This document shows positions 14,355 through 26,786 of a stretch of DNA of 64,000 nucleotides, piece by piece. The translations under genes and the position numbers were made by a program. The stretch spans positions 143,964,001 through 144,028,000 of the forward strand of contig OZ024743.1 of NCBI GenBank assembly GCA_964016885.1. The letters run 5' to 3'. How positions within the stretch are numbered: position 1 is the first letter of the stretch; each line of letters opens with the position of its first letter. Source of the stretch: Eledone cirrhosa. Lineage: Eukaryota. The notes beneath the pieces are model-generated. The model saw only the letters and a program-made list of their open reading frames with translations, searched no databases and was not told the origin of the DNA.

Positions 14355-14935
14355 CCACCTCCTCCTCTCTGCCTTTTCTTGTTCCTAATTTTGCATTTTC
14401 TTTCTAGCCTTTTACCCTACCTCATCCTCTCTCTACCTACCTTTTCTCTCTTGAACAACCTTTCTCGCTCCCTACCTTTCTACTCTTTCTAGTTTCTACT
14501 TCACCTTCTAGTTCATCTTCTTTGCAACTCCCACATCTCTGTATAGCTCTTCCATCTCTCCCCAGCTTCAGTCTTTCTTTAGCTCTCATTTTTATAGCTT
14601 CTTCTATCTCTAGCTCCTCCATCTGTAACTTCCTCTTTCTCTATAGCTCCTCCTATCACCCCCAAGCTCCTCTCTATTCTACCTTCAGCTTAACTTCCTC
14701 CTCTATCGCTTCTCTTATCACCCTATCTCTCCTCTCTATTCTTCCTTCAGCTTAACCTCCTCTTTCTCTTCAGTTTCTCTTCTCTCTGCAGATTTCTCTT
14801 TTCTGTCTTTTTGCTTTTTCTTCTTTTTTTAACCTTCTCTTTTTCTCCTTAATCTTTTCCCCTCTAGCTAATTCTCATTATTTTCCTTCTTTCTTCTCCC
14901 ACCTCCCTTCTTTCCCCTTCTACTTCTGTCTTTTA
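14355..14935. repeat. Polypyrimidine low-complexity tract
   Basis: About 580 bp strongly C/T-biased with recurring TAGCTCCTC-like words. Confidence 0.8.
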
Positions 14936-15461
14936 CTTGAGTCACATGTGTATTACTATTGTTCAAATTTATTTGATTAAGAAAATGAAATGTTAGACAT
15001 GCCTGCTAACTCTGACATAAAGGGGAAAAGTCAAATAGAATTTTAAACTGTATATATTGTCAATGGCTAGCTACAGAGCATTTAATGAAAACTAAAGTGT
15101 GTGCGCTTGTTATGTCTGGGAAAATAAAAATGAAACTTACAGCTCACATCTATGCAAGTTTATGCAGCCTCATATGAGGTTACATCTCATAGGTTTCTTG
15201 GATGTTTTAATTATAGGAGTCTCAGTCTTATCATTAAAAGTTTTGTATAGTCAGATGTTATTCCTGAAACCAACCCGTATGCCTCGCTATCCTCTAGGGT
15301 AATGCTTTCTCTAATCTGTCTGCTCAGACAGAAAGTGTTCTCCCACAATGTCTAGGCATATATTATTGTGGAAGTCATGTTAGTGGACTGTTTATTTATG
15401 ATACATTAACATATATACATACACATAAAGAAACTTCCCTAACATCAATTAGGCTCAATTT

Positions 15462-16512
15462 GATGCATGGGTTAGACGGGAGTTGTCCCACTTGAGGCAA
15501 GGTTGGTCGGGTGACCGTGTCTCGCTCATATAGGACTATCTGGCAGGTTTTCTACGGCTGGATGCCCTTCCTAACACCAACCACATTTACAGTGTGGAAC
15601 TGGGAACATTTTACTGTGTTACCTACACGGCCACATGACAGTGTGGACTGTGTGTTTTTGTTGTGACACCCACACGATCTCAATCTCATTATCTCATTTA
15701 TTTGGACTGGATGTTGTGGTACCAACTTTACAGAGAGAGGGTGGTGTTGGTGGGAGTGGGAGGATAGAGTAGGAGTAGTGGATTTGGTGTGTATATTTGG
15801 TTAAGAGGTGCCTACTGACTGAAGGTTTCGCTTTGTACATAGGCAAGGCGGGTCTTTGTACATAGGCTTTGGCGGGTCTTCCTACGTAGCGCCAAAGATC
15901 TCGGTCCAGTGACATTTTCTTAGAGAGGTGCAAGTGTGTAAGGTCGGAATTTATCAGATCGTCCCAGGTTTTTCTGGGTCTACCTACTCCCTAACTACCA
16001 TCAATTTTGATCGCCCTGCACTTTTTTTATACAGCTGTCGTCTTTCATGTGCATCACCTGGCCATACCAACGTAGTCTTCTCTCAAGTAAACAGCATCTG
16101 ATCCCTCTTATTCCTAATTTCTCACTTAGTTCATTTATGATTTGTCGTTCACGTATATTACTATTACATATCCAACGGAGCATGCATGCTTCATTCCTTT
16201 CCAGTCTGCGCAGGTCCTCTGCATGTAATGCCCATGTCTCACTGCCATGTAGCATTTGCTGTTCGTATACAGGCATCATACAATCTGCCTTTATTTTTAG
16301 AAAGAAACCTTTTGTGGCCAACAGTGGTATAAGCTCTCTGGACTTTTTCCATCCCGGTCTGACTCTGGCTATTGTACTTTCAGAACACCCTCCACCACTG
16401 CTGATTTTGTCACCCAGGTAACGGAAAGTGTCCACTATTTCTATAGAACCATCTGGGCAGTAGAAGGAGCTAGTATCCTGTGGACACTTGCTATTTATTG
16501 CACCTGAGCATA
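15462..16512 (-). mobile_element. RTE-clade LINE 3' fragment
   Basis: ORF 16001-16555 contains VDTFRYLGD, LHGSETWAL and RRLRWYGQVMHM; the 3' UTR matches the 11.5 kb copy. Confidence 0.9.
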
Positions 16513-16522
16513 TATATATATA

Positions 16523-17037
16523 AGGTTTCTTGGTGAGGAGGGTGACTTTGGACATTCTGCAGGACTAAAAACAAAACCTGTCAAAGGGCAAAGGAGCTCT
16601 TAAGAGTCAATGGCCATCCAAAATCACCAGGCGAGATGACTCCTTAGCCTTTGTCAAGGCAGAATTCTAGGAGAAGGAAAACTCTGATATAACACCTGCA
16701 ACCCTGATGGTATCCAATGATGTTGACTTGTTCTTATTTTTGGTAAATATCATCTTGGTTAAGAGAGTGGGACTGGCTTTGTGCAGTGCCTTTGCTCACT
16801 ATAAAAGCTTCACGGCACAGGTATTGCTTTATATCTGGAGATCTCTCTGCTCTTCGTCACATGGTACCATGGGCCCAGCACTATGTGTCAATAATTGTCA
16901 CAAGTGTAGTGTTTGTACCAGAGTTTTCAAGTTGCTGGCTGGACTAAAAAGTCACACTCGTTCAGCGCATCGGTAGGGGTTCTCCTACATGGATATAAAG
17001 TAGTGGCCATACTCGAACACGAGTTGGCAGCCACCAT
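16523..17037 (+). mobile_element. Probable bipartite non-autonomous RTE-type element (5' UTR fused to 3' end)
   Basis: CTAGGAGAAGGAAAACTCTG resembles RTE 5' UTRs. The terminal peptide CSVCTRVFKLLAGLKSHTR resembles the C-terminal CxxC..GLxSHxR finger of some RTE ORFs. Confidence 0.5.
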
Positions 17038-17079
17038 GTACATATGTACATGTTTGTACATATGTATATATGTATATAT

Positions 17080-17360
17080 CAGACCGGGTGATGCGTTGTT
17101 TCCTTGAGCAAGACACTTTATTTCACATTGCTCCAGTTTACTCAGCTGTAGAAATGAGATGATAAGGACTGGGGTCCCTATCATTCCACTGAAAAGTGGT
17201 CGTGGAGGTGACACGACAATAAAACACCCAGCACTCACTGTAAATGAGGTTGGTGTTAGGAAGGGCATCCAGCTGTAGAAATCAAGCCAGAATCAGTTCC
17301 TGTCCCACCCTTGCAAGCAGGGAAAAACGGACGTAAAATGATGATGATGATGATGATGAT
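17080..17360 (+). mobile_element. Composite SINE: family M central block joined to an RTE-like 3' module and tail
   Basis: GTTGTTTCCTTGAGCAAGACACTTTATTTCAC, then GGTGTTAGGAAGGGCATCCAGCTG, then CCCACCCTTGCAAGCAGGGAAAAACGGACGTAAAATGATGATG, nearly identical to the end of the RTE at 17783. Confidence 0.7.
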
Positions 17361-17782
17361 ATATATGTACATGTGTATGCATGTACATATATACATATGT
17401 ATGTACATGTGTATGTATGTACGTATGTATGTATATCTATGTATGTATCATTTCATGTTTGTTAAGTAAGATACTGATTTTTACATATTGAACTGCTGAG
17501 CTGAAGCAATTTTGTTTATACAGAATAAAAACAAATGTCCAGTGTCAAATGCAAAGCAAAGATACAGGGCATAAACACACACACACACACACACATATTT
17601 GTGTATGTGACAGGCTTCTGTATGGTTTCCATTTACTAAATGTATATGTATGTGTGTGTTTATTTGAAATTGAAGTTTCCTTGTGTTGCTTTTCAGAGTT
17701 TTTGCATGCTGTCTGTCACTGTTCACAAGTGTGAACATGAAACTCTGAGTGGCAACAAAAGGAATCTTTGACTTCAAACAAA

Positions 17783-19487
17783 CATCATCATCATCATCAT
17801 CATCATCATTTTACGTCCGCTTTTCCCTGCTTGCAAGGGTGGGACGGGTCTTATTCAGCACAGCATCTCTCCACTTGTCACGGTCCCTCGTCATCTCCAC
17901 CGTGAGCTTCAATTATCTGAGGTCTGTTCTCACCACCTCCGCCCATGTTTTTCATGGTCTACCTCTACCACGTCTTCCTTCAACTGGCATTTCCTGGCAC
18001 TTCTTCACCCATCGGTCATCCTCCATGCGCATCACATGTCCATACCACCTCAGTCTCCTCTCCCGTACACTACATTCTATCCCTCTCAGACACAGTTTCT
18101 CTCTCAACACATTTATGCTGGGTCGTTCACGCACATTGACACTGCACATCCAACGGAGCATGCTTGCCTCGTTTCTCTCCAGCCGTCGCATATCCTCTGC
18201 AGTTGCTGCCCATGTTTCACTACCATGCAGCATCGCGCTCCTCACACAGGCATCATACAACTGGCCTTTCGTACACAGGGAGAAACCCTTCTTCGTCAAC
18301 AGAGGAAGCAGCTCCCTAAACTTCTTCCAACCCGTCCTTATTCTAGATACTATGGCCTCAGAACACCCTCCTCCCATGCTAATCTCATCTCCTAGGTACC
18401 GGAAGCTATCCACCACTTCTATAGCGCCCTCCTGCATTTGAAAAATGTGTCTATCAATGCGACTTCTACTGTCTAATTTCCCTGTACATCTACTGCATAC
18501 ATATTTCTCCGTACCTGTTAGTTTGCCTGCTATCCCGCTACATCTCTTGTGTACCCAGGATCTGCATTGTGTGCATTTTATAGAATTTATGCCAGTTCCT
18601 TTTCTGCATATCGAACATGGCCATTTCCCTGACGGAATCAGGGTTTTGTCCTCTTTTCTACTCATCAACACTTTTGTCTTAGCTAGATTCACTCTCAGTC
18701 CTCTTGCTTCCAACTGCTGTTTCCATAGCCAGAATTTATTCTCTAACTCCTCTACTGATGCTGCTATAAGAACCAGATCGTCAGCATAGAGAAGTTCCCA
18801 TGGACAGCCAGTCTTAAACTCCTCTGTTATGGCTTGGAGGACTATAATGAACAAGAGCGGGCTGAGGAACGAACCCTGATGTACTCCTACTTGTATCTGA
18901 AATTCCTCACTAAACTCCATTCCTACCCTGACTTTACTGAGAGTACCTCTGTACAAAGTTTGCACTGTCCTCACAAGCCATTCCTCAACACCTAGCTTCC
19001 TTAGGGACCACCAGATGACAGATCGGGGTACCCTATCAAAGGCCTTCTCTAGGTCAACAAAGGCTAAGTATAGTGGCTTATTCTTCTCTAAGAACCTCTC
19101 TTGCAATTGTCTCACCAAGAAGAGGGCATCTGTTGTACTCTTCCCAGGCACAAAACCAAACTGCATCTCATCTAGTTTGACCCTTTCTCTAATTAGTTGT
19201 GCTAAAATCCTTTCTGCCACTTTCATAACCTGATCTATCAGTTTTATACCCCTATAATTGCTCCTCTCCAAAGCATCCCCTTTACCTTTGTAGCAATTTA
19301 TGAGAATACTGCTGCACCAGTCTTTGGGTATGACACCACCATATATAGCCTGATTGATGATGCATGCAACCAGTTTAGTGCCTACGTCCCCTGATGCCTT
19401 CAGCATCTCAGCAACTATTCCCGATGGTCCAGCAGCCTTACCATTTTTCATTTCCCTAATCGCCTCTTGGACCCTATATTCGTCAAC
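17783..19487 (-). mobile_element. Young 5'-truncated RTE-clade LINE with an uninterrupted 499 aa RT ORF (17952-19451) containing a PHD finger
   Basis: QFGFVPGKST, FVDLEKAFD, HQGSFLSP, LYADD, FRYLG and RLRWYGHVMRM; (TGA)n tail. The TGA at 17952-4 is likely a CGA mutation because RTE homology continues past it. Confidence 0.97.
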
Positions 19488-19760
19488 ATATAAATATATA
19501 AATATATATTAAATATATAAATATATAAATATATAAATATATAAATATATATTAAATATATGAATATATAAGCAGATGTGGAAAGGATGTTGATGATAAT
19601 ATCATTATCATCGTAAAATGATGATGATGATGATGATGATGATATTATCATCATCAACATCCTTTCCACATCTGCCTGTCCATGCCTACATCAATTGGAC
19701 AAGTCTTCTTCAATACAGCTTTCCTCCACCTGTTGTGTTCCTTTTTTTATCTCCTCTGCG

Positions 19761-19945
19761 CAGGGCCAGATAAACCCTCAAACAAAATAAACACATGTTT
19801 AGGGCATCAGATGAAGAGGAGTCCATTTTATTCAGATTAAATGTTCTTGTCATTTTCCATGAAAAAATGTTGCAGTTTTTTATATATAGGGGGCGCCATA
19901 ATCTTTTAAGTGCTTGGGGCCTCAAAGGGACTTAATCTGTCCCTG
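19761..19945. mobile_element. hAT-type MITE
   Basis: TIRs CAGGGCCAGATA and AATCTGTCCCTG; 8 bp TSD CCTCTGCG / CCTCTGTG. Confidence 0.75.
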
Positions 19946-20364
19946 CCTCTGTGAGATTTAACACCCTGAGTTCAGCTCTCACCACTTCTATCCAGGTTTT
20001 CTTCAGTCTTCCTCTTCTGCTTGGAGCTTTTGGCACTTCTTCACCCAACCATCACCATCAATATGCATCAGACCATGGAAATTTTAACTAGAATATGCAT
20101 TCCATGCAACAGTACCAGTTACTTAATGTTTTGCAATGCCTGAGTAATGCATAGCAAAATGAATTGAGCCAACAATTAGTGATGCTAAACATAAATAACA
20201 AAAAAAAAACAAAAAAATTGCATTCCAGGATATAAGGTAGAAATGATTTGCCAAATGAACCAACCAGCACTAATGGCAGTGCTTCAACATAACTTTAAAC
20301 CTAAATATTAGTCCAAAGTTTTAACAATTTTGCTAATTAATGGCCCCATAATCATATAATAAGA

Positions 20365-20905
20365 TTGATTTCTAATTTAGTTACAAGGCCAGCAAATTTG
20401 TGTGGAAGGCAAATTTAATTAAATCAACCCCAGTATTTGACTGGTACTTTATCCTAGAAGGATGAAACGCTAAGTTGACTTCACAAGATTTGAACTCAGA
20501 ATGTAAGGAGTCAGAACAAAAATTGTAATTGTATTTTATACAACGGTCTACCAGTTCTGCCAATCCAGCACCCTAATAACTGTAATAATTATTTCTACTT
20601 TTGGCACAAGGCCAGCAATTATCCCAGTGCATTACTGGTACTTTATTTTATCGACCCTGTAAGGATGAAAGGCAAAATTAACCTTGGCAGGATTTGAACT
20701 CAGACCACAAAGGGCCATAACTCTTTGCTGCTAAGCATGGCGTCTGACCCATGATATTGATTTCTAACATAGATACAAAGCTTCAGATTTAGGAGAAGGA
20801 TAGGGTCGATTAGATTAACCCTGGTACTCAACTAGTACCTATTTTATTGAACTTGGAAGCATGAAAAGTAAGTTAACCTCATCAGAATTTGAGTTCAGAA
20901 TGTAA
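20365..20905 (-). mobile_element. Three tandem copies of SINE family A
   Basis: Three repeats of CAAGGCCAGCA..GGTAC..GGATGAAAGGCAAAGTT..GATTTGAACTCAG on the plus strand. Confidence 0.75.
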
Positions 20906-22429
20906 ATCTTTTTCTATGCTCATTGCTTAAGTCACTAAACTTTTCTGGAAAGCAATTGAAATGAATGTGCAGGTAATGGATCATGGTGCTGATGTCAGAA
21001 CCAGCATTAATATTGAAGGTCAAAATATGCTTAATTTTACTGTAGGTTCTAATATTGTGTTGTTATTAACAATCTTCTAAGTATATTTACATACACATTA
21101 TACATTACTTCCTATGCTTTTCCAGTTTTAAGTTCTTTAGTTAGTTTGGACATCATAGGAAAATCATCCTGTCCTATCCTTGCTCATCTAGTGGGACACC
21201 CACCAGAGTGTCAAAATACTTTTTACATTGTGGGTTTAACTTTTTCAGGACCATATTTATACTGAAATATTTCATTTAATTAATGAGGAATTTTGAAGAA
21301 TTTGCTAAAAATTATAAATCATTTTATTATACTAAGTTAGTAACTTTACATATGTAAAAGTAAGGAGTGCTGTCCTGGCTCATGGCATGTGTTGGGAATT
21401 TTAAAACTGGCAGGGCCTACTCCTCTCTGGATTTGAACACAGCTAATGCCCCCCAGAGAAAGAAAGAGAGACAGGGAAAGTGATAAAGAGAGTTAGAGGA
21501 AGAATCAACCCTTGACTGGTACTGTATTTATTGACCTTGAAAAGATAAAAGGCAAAGTTGATCTCAGTGAAATTTTATTACAGTGAGCCAAACAAATACT
21601 GAGGCATCTTTAATCCAATGTCCCAATAACTGATGTCAACTTAACATATGGATCTTATATATAATTATATTGGAAGATTTTAATTTAAATAGGAACCCTT
21701 TGAAATGTGTGATTTTGATTTATAGAGATAGAAGCATGGATGGGTTGGTATCAAAAGGATGACTTTACCTTTGATTCTTCCAGGGTTGATAAAATAAAAT
21801 ACCAGTCAAATGCTGGGGTCTAAATAATTGGCCCTTTCCTCCTCATCCCAAATTTCTAGCCTTATACCTATGTTAGAAATTATGATATGGGTGGTGATTT
21901 GGCAGAATTAGTAGTGATGGGCATTCATTGGGATATAAAAACAATGGATAAGAAGCATTAGGATAAGTGAGATACATATATGATGGCAGATTACTACTGA
22001 AACCTTCAGGGGGATTGTTCTAGTAAATTACATTCTAGAACGGTTTTATAAATGAAGCTTCTTATGTGTTGAATGGCTGATAACTTTAAATGGTTAATGT
22101 TTATTTTTGCAGTGTACTCTAAATTGATTTAGTAATATGTAATTGTTTTCATAGCATGTAATATATTAATAGCATTAATATTGGTTGTTATTTTTGTATC
22201 AAAACAGGCAGATCATTAATTAATTAGTGCTGATAGACTAAATCTGATGCCATTTTTGGAATCAGCTGTTCAGATATATCCAAAAATAGGCCTAAATTCT
22301 AATGGACCAAATATACTTGAGAATAGGTCTAACTTTAAAGACAGCAGAAATATTTTTGTTGGTGTTGACAGTATTGATTACATCAAAGACTATCTTGTGT
22401 AAAGTATAATTAATTAAAATGTGAATGTA

Positions 22430-22630
22430 GGCATGGCTGTGTGGTTAAGAAATTTGCTTCTTAATCACAAGGTCTTGAGTTCATTCTCGGTATATAGTAT
22501 CTTGGCAAGTGTCTTTATAGCCTCAAGTCAATCCAAGTTTTGGGGGTGAGGAGTTAAAATTATTAGTGCCTGTGTTGTTGGTGGTGGTGAAGAATGATAT
22601 TGAGTAAATGGAAACTGTATGGAAGCTTGT
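22430..22630 (+). mobile_element. tRNA-derived SINE family C (also ~14200-14300, 24550-24985, 63830-63960)
   Basis: A-box GGCTGTGTGGTTAAG, B-box-like GAGTTCATTCTC, then TTGGCAAGTGTCTT.ATAGCCTC shared among copies. Confidence 0.6.
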
Positions 22631-23742
22631 TGGATGGTCTATGCTTGTAATTCAGAGGTCCAGTCATGTTCCACTTTGTGTCACTATGTTCATCATGGAA
22701 ACTGATGAAAGGATCCATCATGTCTAAATATCTGAGTTGTTGGTAACCCTTTCATTTCCATACTGCTATTGAAAACCCGCCTATGATTTTCAAATCATTT
22801 TAAAATAGTCAGAAATTTGGAGGTATTTAGTAAAATAACACATTTTCTCATTATTAACACTTTTGATATCAGCCTGACAAAAACTGCCTCTAATTCTATG
22901 AAACAAAATCACCCAGTTTAAAGAGTTCCTATTTAAATTAAGACCTTCCAACATTATTTGAAATAAAGTTATGTTATGATACAAAAATGTTACGAATATG
23001 ATCTTAATAATGAAATAATTAATAAATTTAGTAAAACCTCCAAAGTCTTCATTAATATTTCAAATAAAGTATATTTCATTAAAAATATAGTAACAAACGG
23101 GTTAAGCACAACTTAAAGGTTCTTAAATAAAATGTTGATGGAATCATCATTGTTTGTACGTCTGCTTTTCCATGCTTGTGTGGGTTGAAATGTTTTTAGA
23201 TAAATATAAAGAATTTTGTATCATAGAACCAAGAGTGATTTCACATGGGTTGGTATCAAACTAGTTAACCACGTCTTTATATTCTACATTTACACTATCT
23301 ATATTTTCATTATACTTTAATCACCTTGATCTCTGATCATCAACCATTGATTTATTCCTGGATATAAATGTATATAGTTCATAGATGGAATCAAACTAGG
23401 AACCTTTAATTTTAAACTAAAGACAGTATTTTATCTATACACTCAACCATTATCATCAACATACTTGTCAAATGCTTACAATCAGTTAGTGATGATGGTG
23501 GTAATGGAAGCATTGGTGTTGTTGTTGGTAGTGGTGGTGGTGGTAGTGGTGATAACAGTAGTGGTAATAGTAGTGGTAGTCGGATTATGTAGTAGTGGCA
23601 GAAGTTGTATAATCATGTAGTAGTAATATGGTGGTGGCGGTGATGATGATGTAGCTAGTAGCTATATCTTTTAATCACATAGGTATAACACCATATCATA
23701 TCAAAGAAGAGAAAAAAGCCAAAATAACCATTTCTGCATGTG

Positions 23743-23788
<46 letters not shown>

Positions 23789-24067
23789 CTAAAGTCTGTC
23801 TTAAGCCAGAAGGCTCATTTGGCCGGTGCTTATCCCGGTTTCATGGCGTGAAGTGACTGAGAGTACAAGACTCCCCCCTGGACAGGACACCAGTCCATTG
23901 CAGGGTTAAACCTCCAGCTATTGCTGGAACTCATTTTCAGCTGAGTAAACTGGAGTAATGTGAAATAAAGTGTCTTGCTCAAGGAAACAACACATCACCC
24001 GGTCTGAGAATTGAACTCACAACTTTTCGATTGCAAGCCTAATGCTCTAACCACTAAGCCATGCGCC
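23789..24067 (-). mobile_element. Full-length tRNA-SINE family M (MetaSINE-like), left arm of an inverted pair
   Basis: Minus-strand head GGCGCATGGCTTAGTGGTTAGAGC..GAGTTCAATTCTC, central CCTTGAGCAAGACACTTTATTTCAC, 3' GCAATGGACTGG..TCCAGGGGG. Confidence 0.85.
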
Positions 24068-24072
24068 GTGTG

Positions 24073-24348
24073 GGGGCACGTGGTCTAGAGGTAAGAGTGT
24101 TGGACTTACGATCATAATGTCGTGGGTTCGATTCCTGGGCTGCGTGTTGTGCTCTTGAGCAAAACACTTCATTTCACGTTGTTCCAGTATACTCAGCTGA
24201 AAATGAGTACTAGCAATAGCTGGAGGTTTAACCTTGCGATGGACTGGCGTCCTGTCCAGGGGGGAGTCTTGTACTCTCAGTCACTTCACGCCATGAAACT
24301 GGGATAAGCACCAGCCAAATGAGCCTTCTGGCTTAAGACAGACTTTAG
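24073..24348 (+). mobile_element. Full-length tRNA-SINE family M, right arm of the inverted pair
   Basis: Head GTGGTCTAGAGGTAAG..GGTTCGATTCC; the body is the reverse complement of 23789-24000 at high identity. Confidence 0.85.
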
Positions 24349-26739
24349 ACTTTTTTTTTAGATATATACATACAAAAGACTCATTAAATGGCAAAAAATA
24401 AATAAATAAAAGACAAAGCAGATTTAGTCCAATGTGTGTTAGCATAGATAATAAAGGCAGTGGTGGTGGGGGAGATGAAACTATTAGTGCCTGTGTTTGT
24501 GGTGATGAAGATGATATTGCAACTGTCATTCCTTAATTTATTGAGGAACCATCATGGTAGTGTGGTTTAAAAATTTGTTTGACAATCACATGGTTTTGTG
24601 TTTAGTCTCAGTGTGACACTTTGGGCGTCTTTTATAGCATTGAGTTGACATACACCTTATGAGTGAGATTTCTAGGGAGAGTTCCATAACTTAGTAAGTA
24701 GTTTGACAAAAAGAGTTTCGGCAAAAACAGTATTGAGGTAGATATGATGGACTAAATCCCTTGAAGACAGTGCCCCAACATGGTGACTATGTAGAAGCCA
24801 TGCATGCACACACACACACACGTCTGTCCATGTTTACAATCCAGAACTTACCTACCAGTTCAGTAAAATAAGTACCAGACTTGAAAGCAATATTTACTGG
24901 GATCAACATGATCGACTAAATCCCTTCAAGGTGGTGCCCCAGCACGGTCATTGTCTAATGACTGAAATCAGTAGAAGAAAAAAGGATATTTTATTCTTGC
25001 AAGATGATGAAATGACACCCAATGACATATCAAGTCACAAACTAGATAGAACCTACTTAGTCACTTAATAATCTATTTTATCCTTACATCATTCATTTTA
25101 TTTTATATTCTAACTCAGGTAACCAATGCATTAGGCTGTTTCCATTTTGAATGAAAACTTTTCCTTAGACTATTGTCTATTTGTTTGTTTGGGGTATTTT
25201 TTGTTGTATTTATACATATTTCTGCAATAAGAGGTGAATGCTTTGCGAGTAGCTGGTTTCACTTCCCTTAAATATTTATCCATCGGCAGACTCATCGGAG
25301 CATCAAATTAAATGCCTTGCTATGTGTTCCAGCTCTCAGTGCTCTCAGTTCAAATATGATGATGCAACTTTCATCTTTTTGGTGTTGATAAATAAAGTAC
25401 CAGACCAGGGGTGGTACATTGGCGATTTATTAAAAACATTGTAAGAGATCTGGTTCTGTCCATTCTGATTTCCAATTCCACTACCTGCCAAGTGGCGGTA
25501 CCAGCAGGTAGTATCAGCAATGAAATGACAAATGAAAATATAGTTTCTCTTGGTTCAATCTGATGATTAGCTCTTTTTTCTTTTTACTTTTAACTTTTTT
25601 GATATCACCTCAAATTCAAATTTTCTATCATAATCATGTTTTTAACACCACCATCTTAATCCTATTATGCCTGGGAGAATCTCTCAGAGCTCTCCTCGTA
25701 GTTATTTTCTTGCATAACTTATGAAAGGATGCAGATTTTTCTCTGAAATTTGGTAACTCATATAACTGATTTTGAAAACAATTTCTCTGTTGCCATGGAA
25801 ACGGCAGGAGTTGAACAGGTGGTATAAAATGATATTTCTTTGAATTTTCTTGTTATAAAATAATATCCCAAACTCCATTACCAATAAAATATATGTGTTT
25901 TGTGTTGTATGGCAACCATGTTGTTTTCATGGCAACCATGTTGTTTTCATGGCAACCATGTGCTTACCATGGCAACAATTCTTTATCCATTTTGCAAAAT
26001 TTTTCACTTTGCATTGTTATTGTTTCATTTAGTAGCAAACATGGCAAGAAGGTACACACCAATACCTATATGCAGTACTTATATCCCTGCAAACTTCCAT
26101 GTACTCCTTTGTGGTTCTGGACAAATTTTACACACTATAAAAGTACTAAATTTTAACACCTCTGGGTACAACTGATGATGTCATCAGAAAAATGATGATG
26201 TTAGCAACATTTTTGTAATACAGAAATGTTTGCCTATCAATGTTATTTACAATTGATTTGATATTATTTATCATTATTAATTTGACATCATTTATGTGAT
26301 ATCATCACCATTTATCTGGTATCATTTATCATCATTAATTTGAATTTATCTATTTATCAATTATTTGATATGTACTTACTTCAAAAATCTGCTTTATTGA
26401 TACCTAATATTTCAGGCAAGTAACTTGTGTATAACATACTTTTTTCTGCTTTTCTAGTTTTTCCACCCCCCCCCTCTTTTTTTATCATTTGTCTTTTTCT
26501 TTTCTTTCCAAAACACCCTTTTTTCTCTCTATGTTCACCTTGTAATGAAGGGCTTGCATCTGAAACATCAAAATGCTTTTCTAACTTCTTTTAAACATTA
26601 AACTAGTATATCATTACTGCAATGTCTGTTCCATTGGTACTGTTGTTGACTTGTATTACTTTGTCATATGTTCCTTTGTGTTTCCAGAATGAAAACATTA
26701 ATAACTGAGACAATCTACTTCTTTGGTGTTGTTTTTTAG

Positions 26740-26786
26740 ATAAAGAAAACCGACAACTTCTGTTCATCAAAAAGCCTCCTCCATAT
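26740..26786 (+). CDS. Candidate 47 bp internal exon of the host gene, (D)KENRQLLFIKKPPPY
   Basis: Acceptor GTTGTTTTTTAG, donor TAT|GTAAGT. Phase 1 in matches exon 4293-4420; phase 0 out matches exon 27846. Confidence 0.5.

Noticed and set aside
16895-16976. C2H2-like finger CSVCTRVFKLLAGLKSHTRSAH as a host zinc-finger gene
   Set aside because: It is a single finger with no TGEKP linker, inside an RTE-like element end.
20931-21080. Ankyrin-like peptide KAIEMNVQVMDHGADVRTS..GQNMLNF
   Set aside because: A 49-codon stretch bounded by stops, with no convincing splice sites and a weak match; it would need an HMM hit.
24073-24140. tRNA gene
   Set aside because: A and B boxes are present, but there is no clean cloverleaf and it continues into a SINE body; the same holds for the other SINE heads.
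26538-26572. Hammerhead-like TAATGAAGGG..TGAAAC
   Set aside because: The core deviates from CUGAUGA and the flanking stems could not be built.
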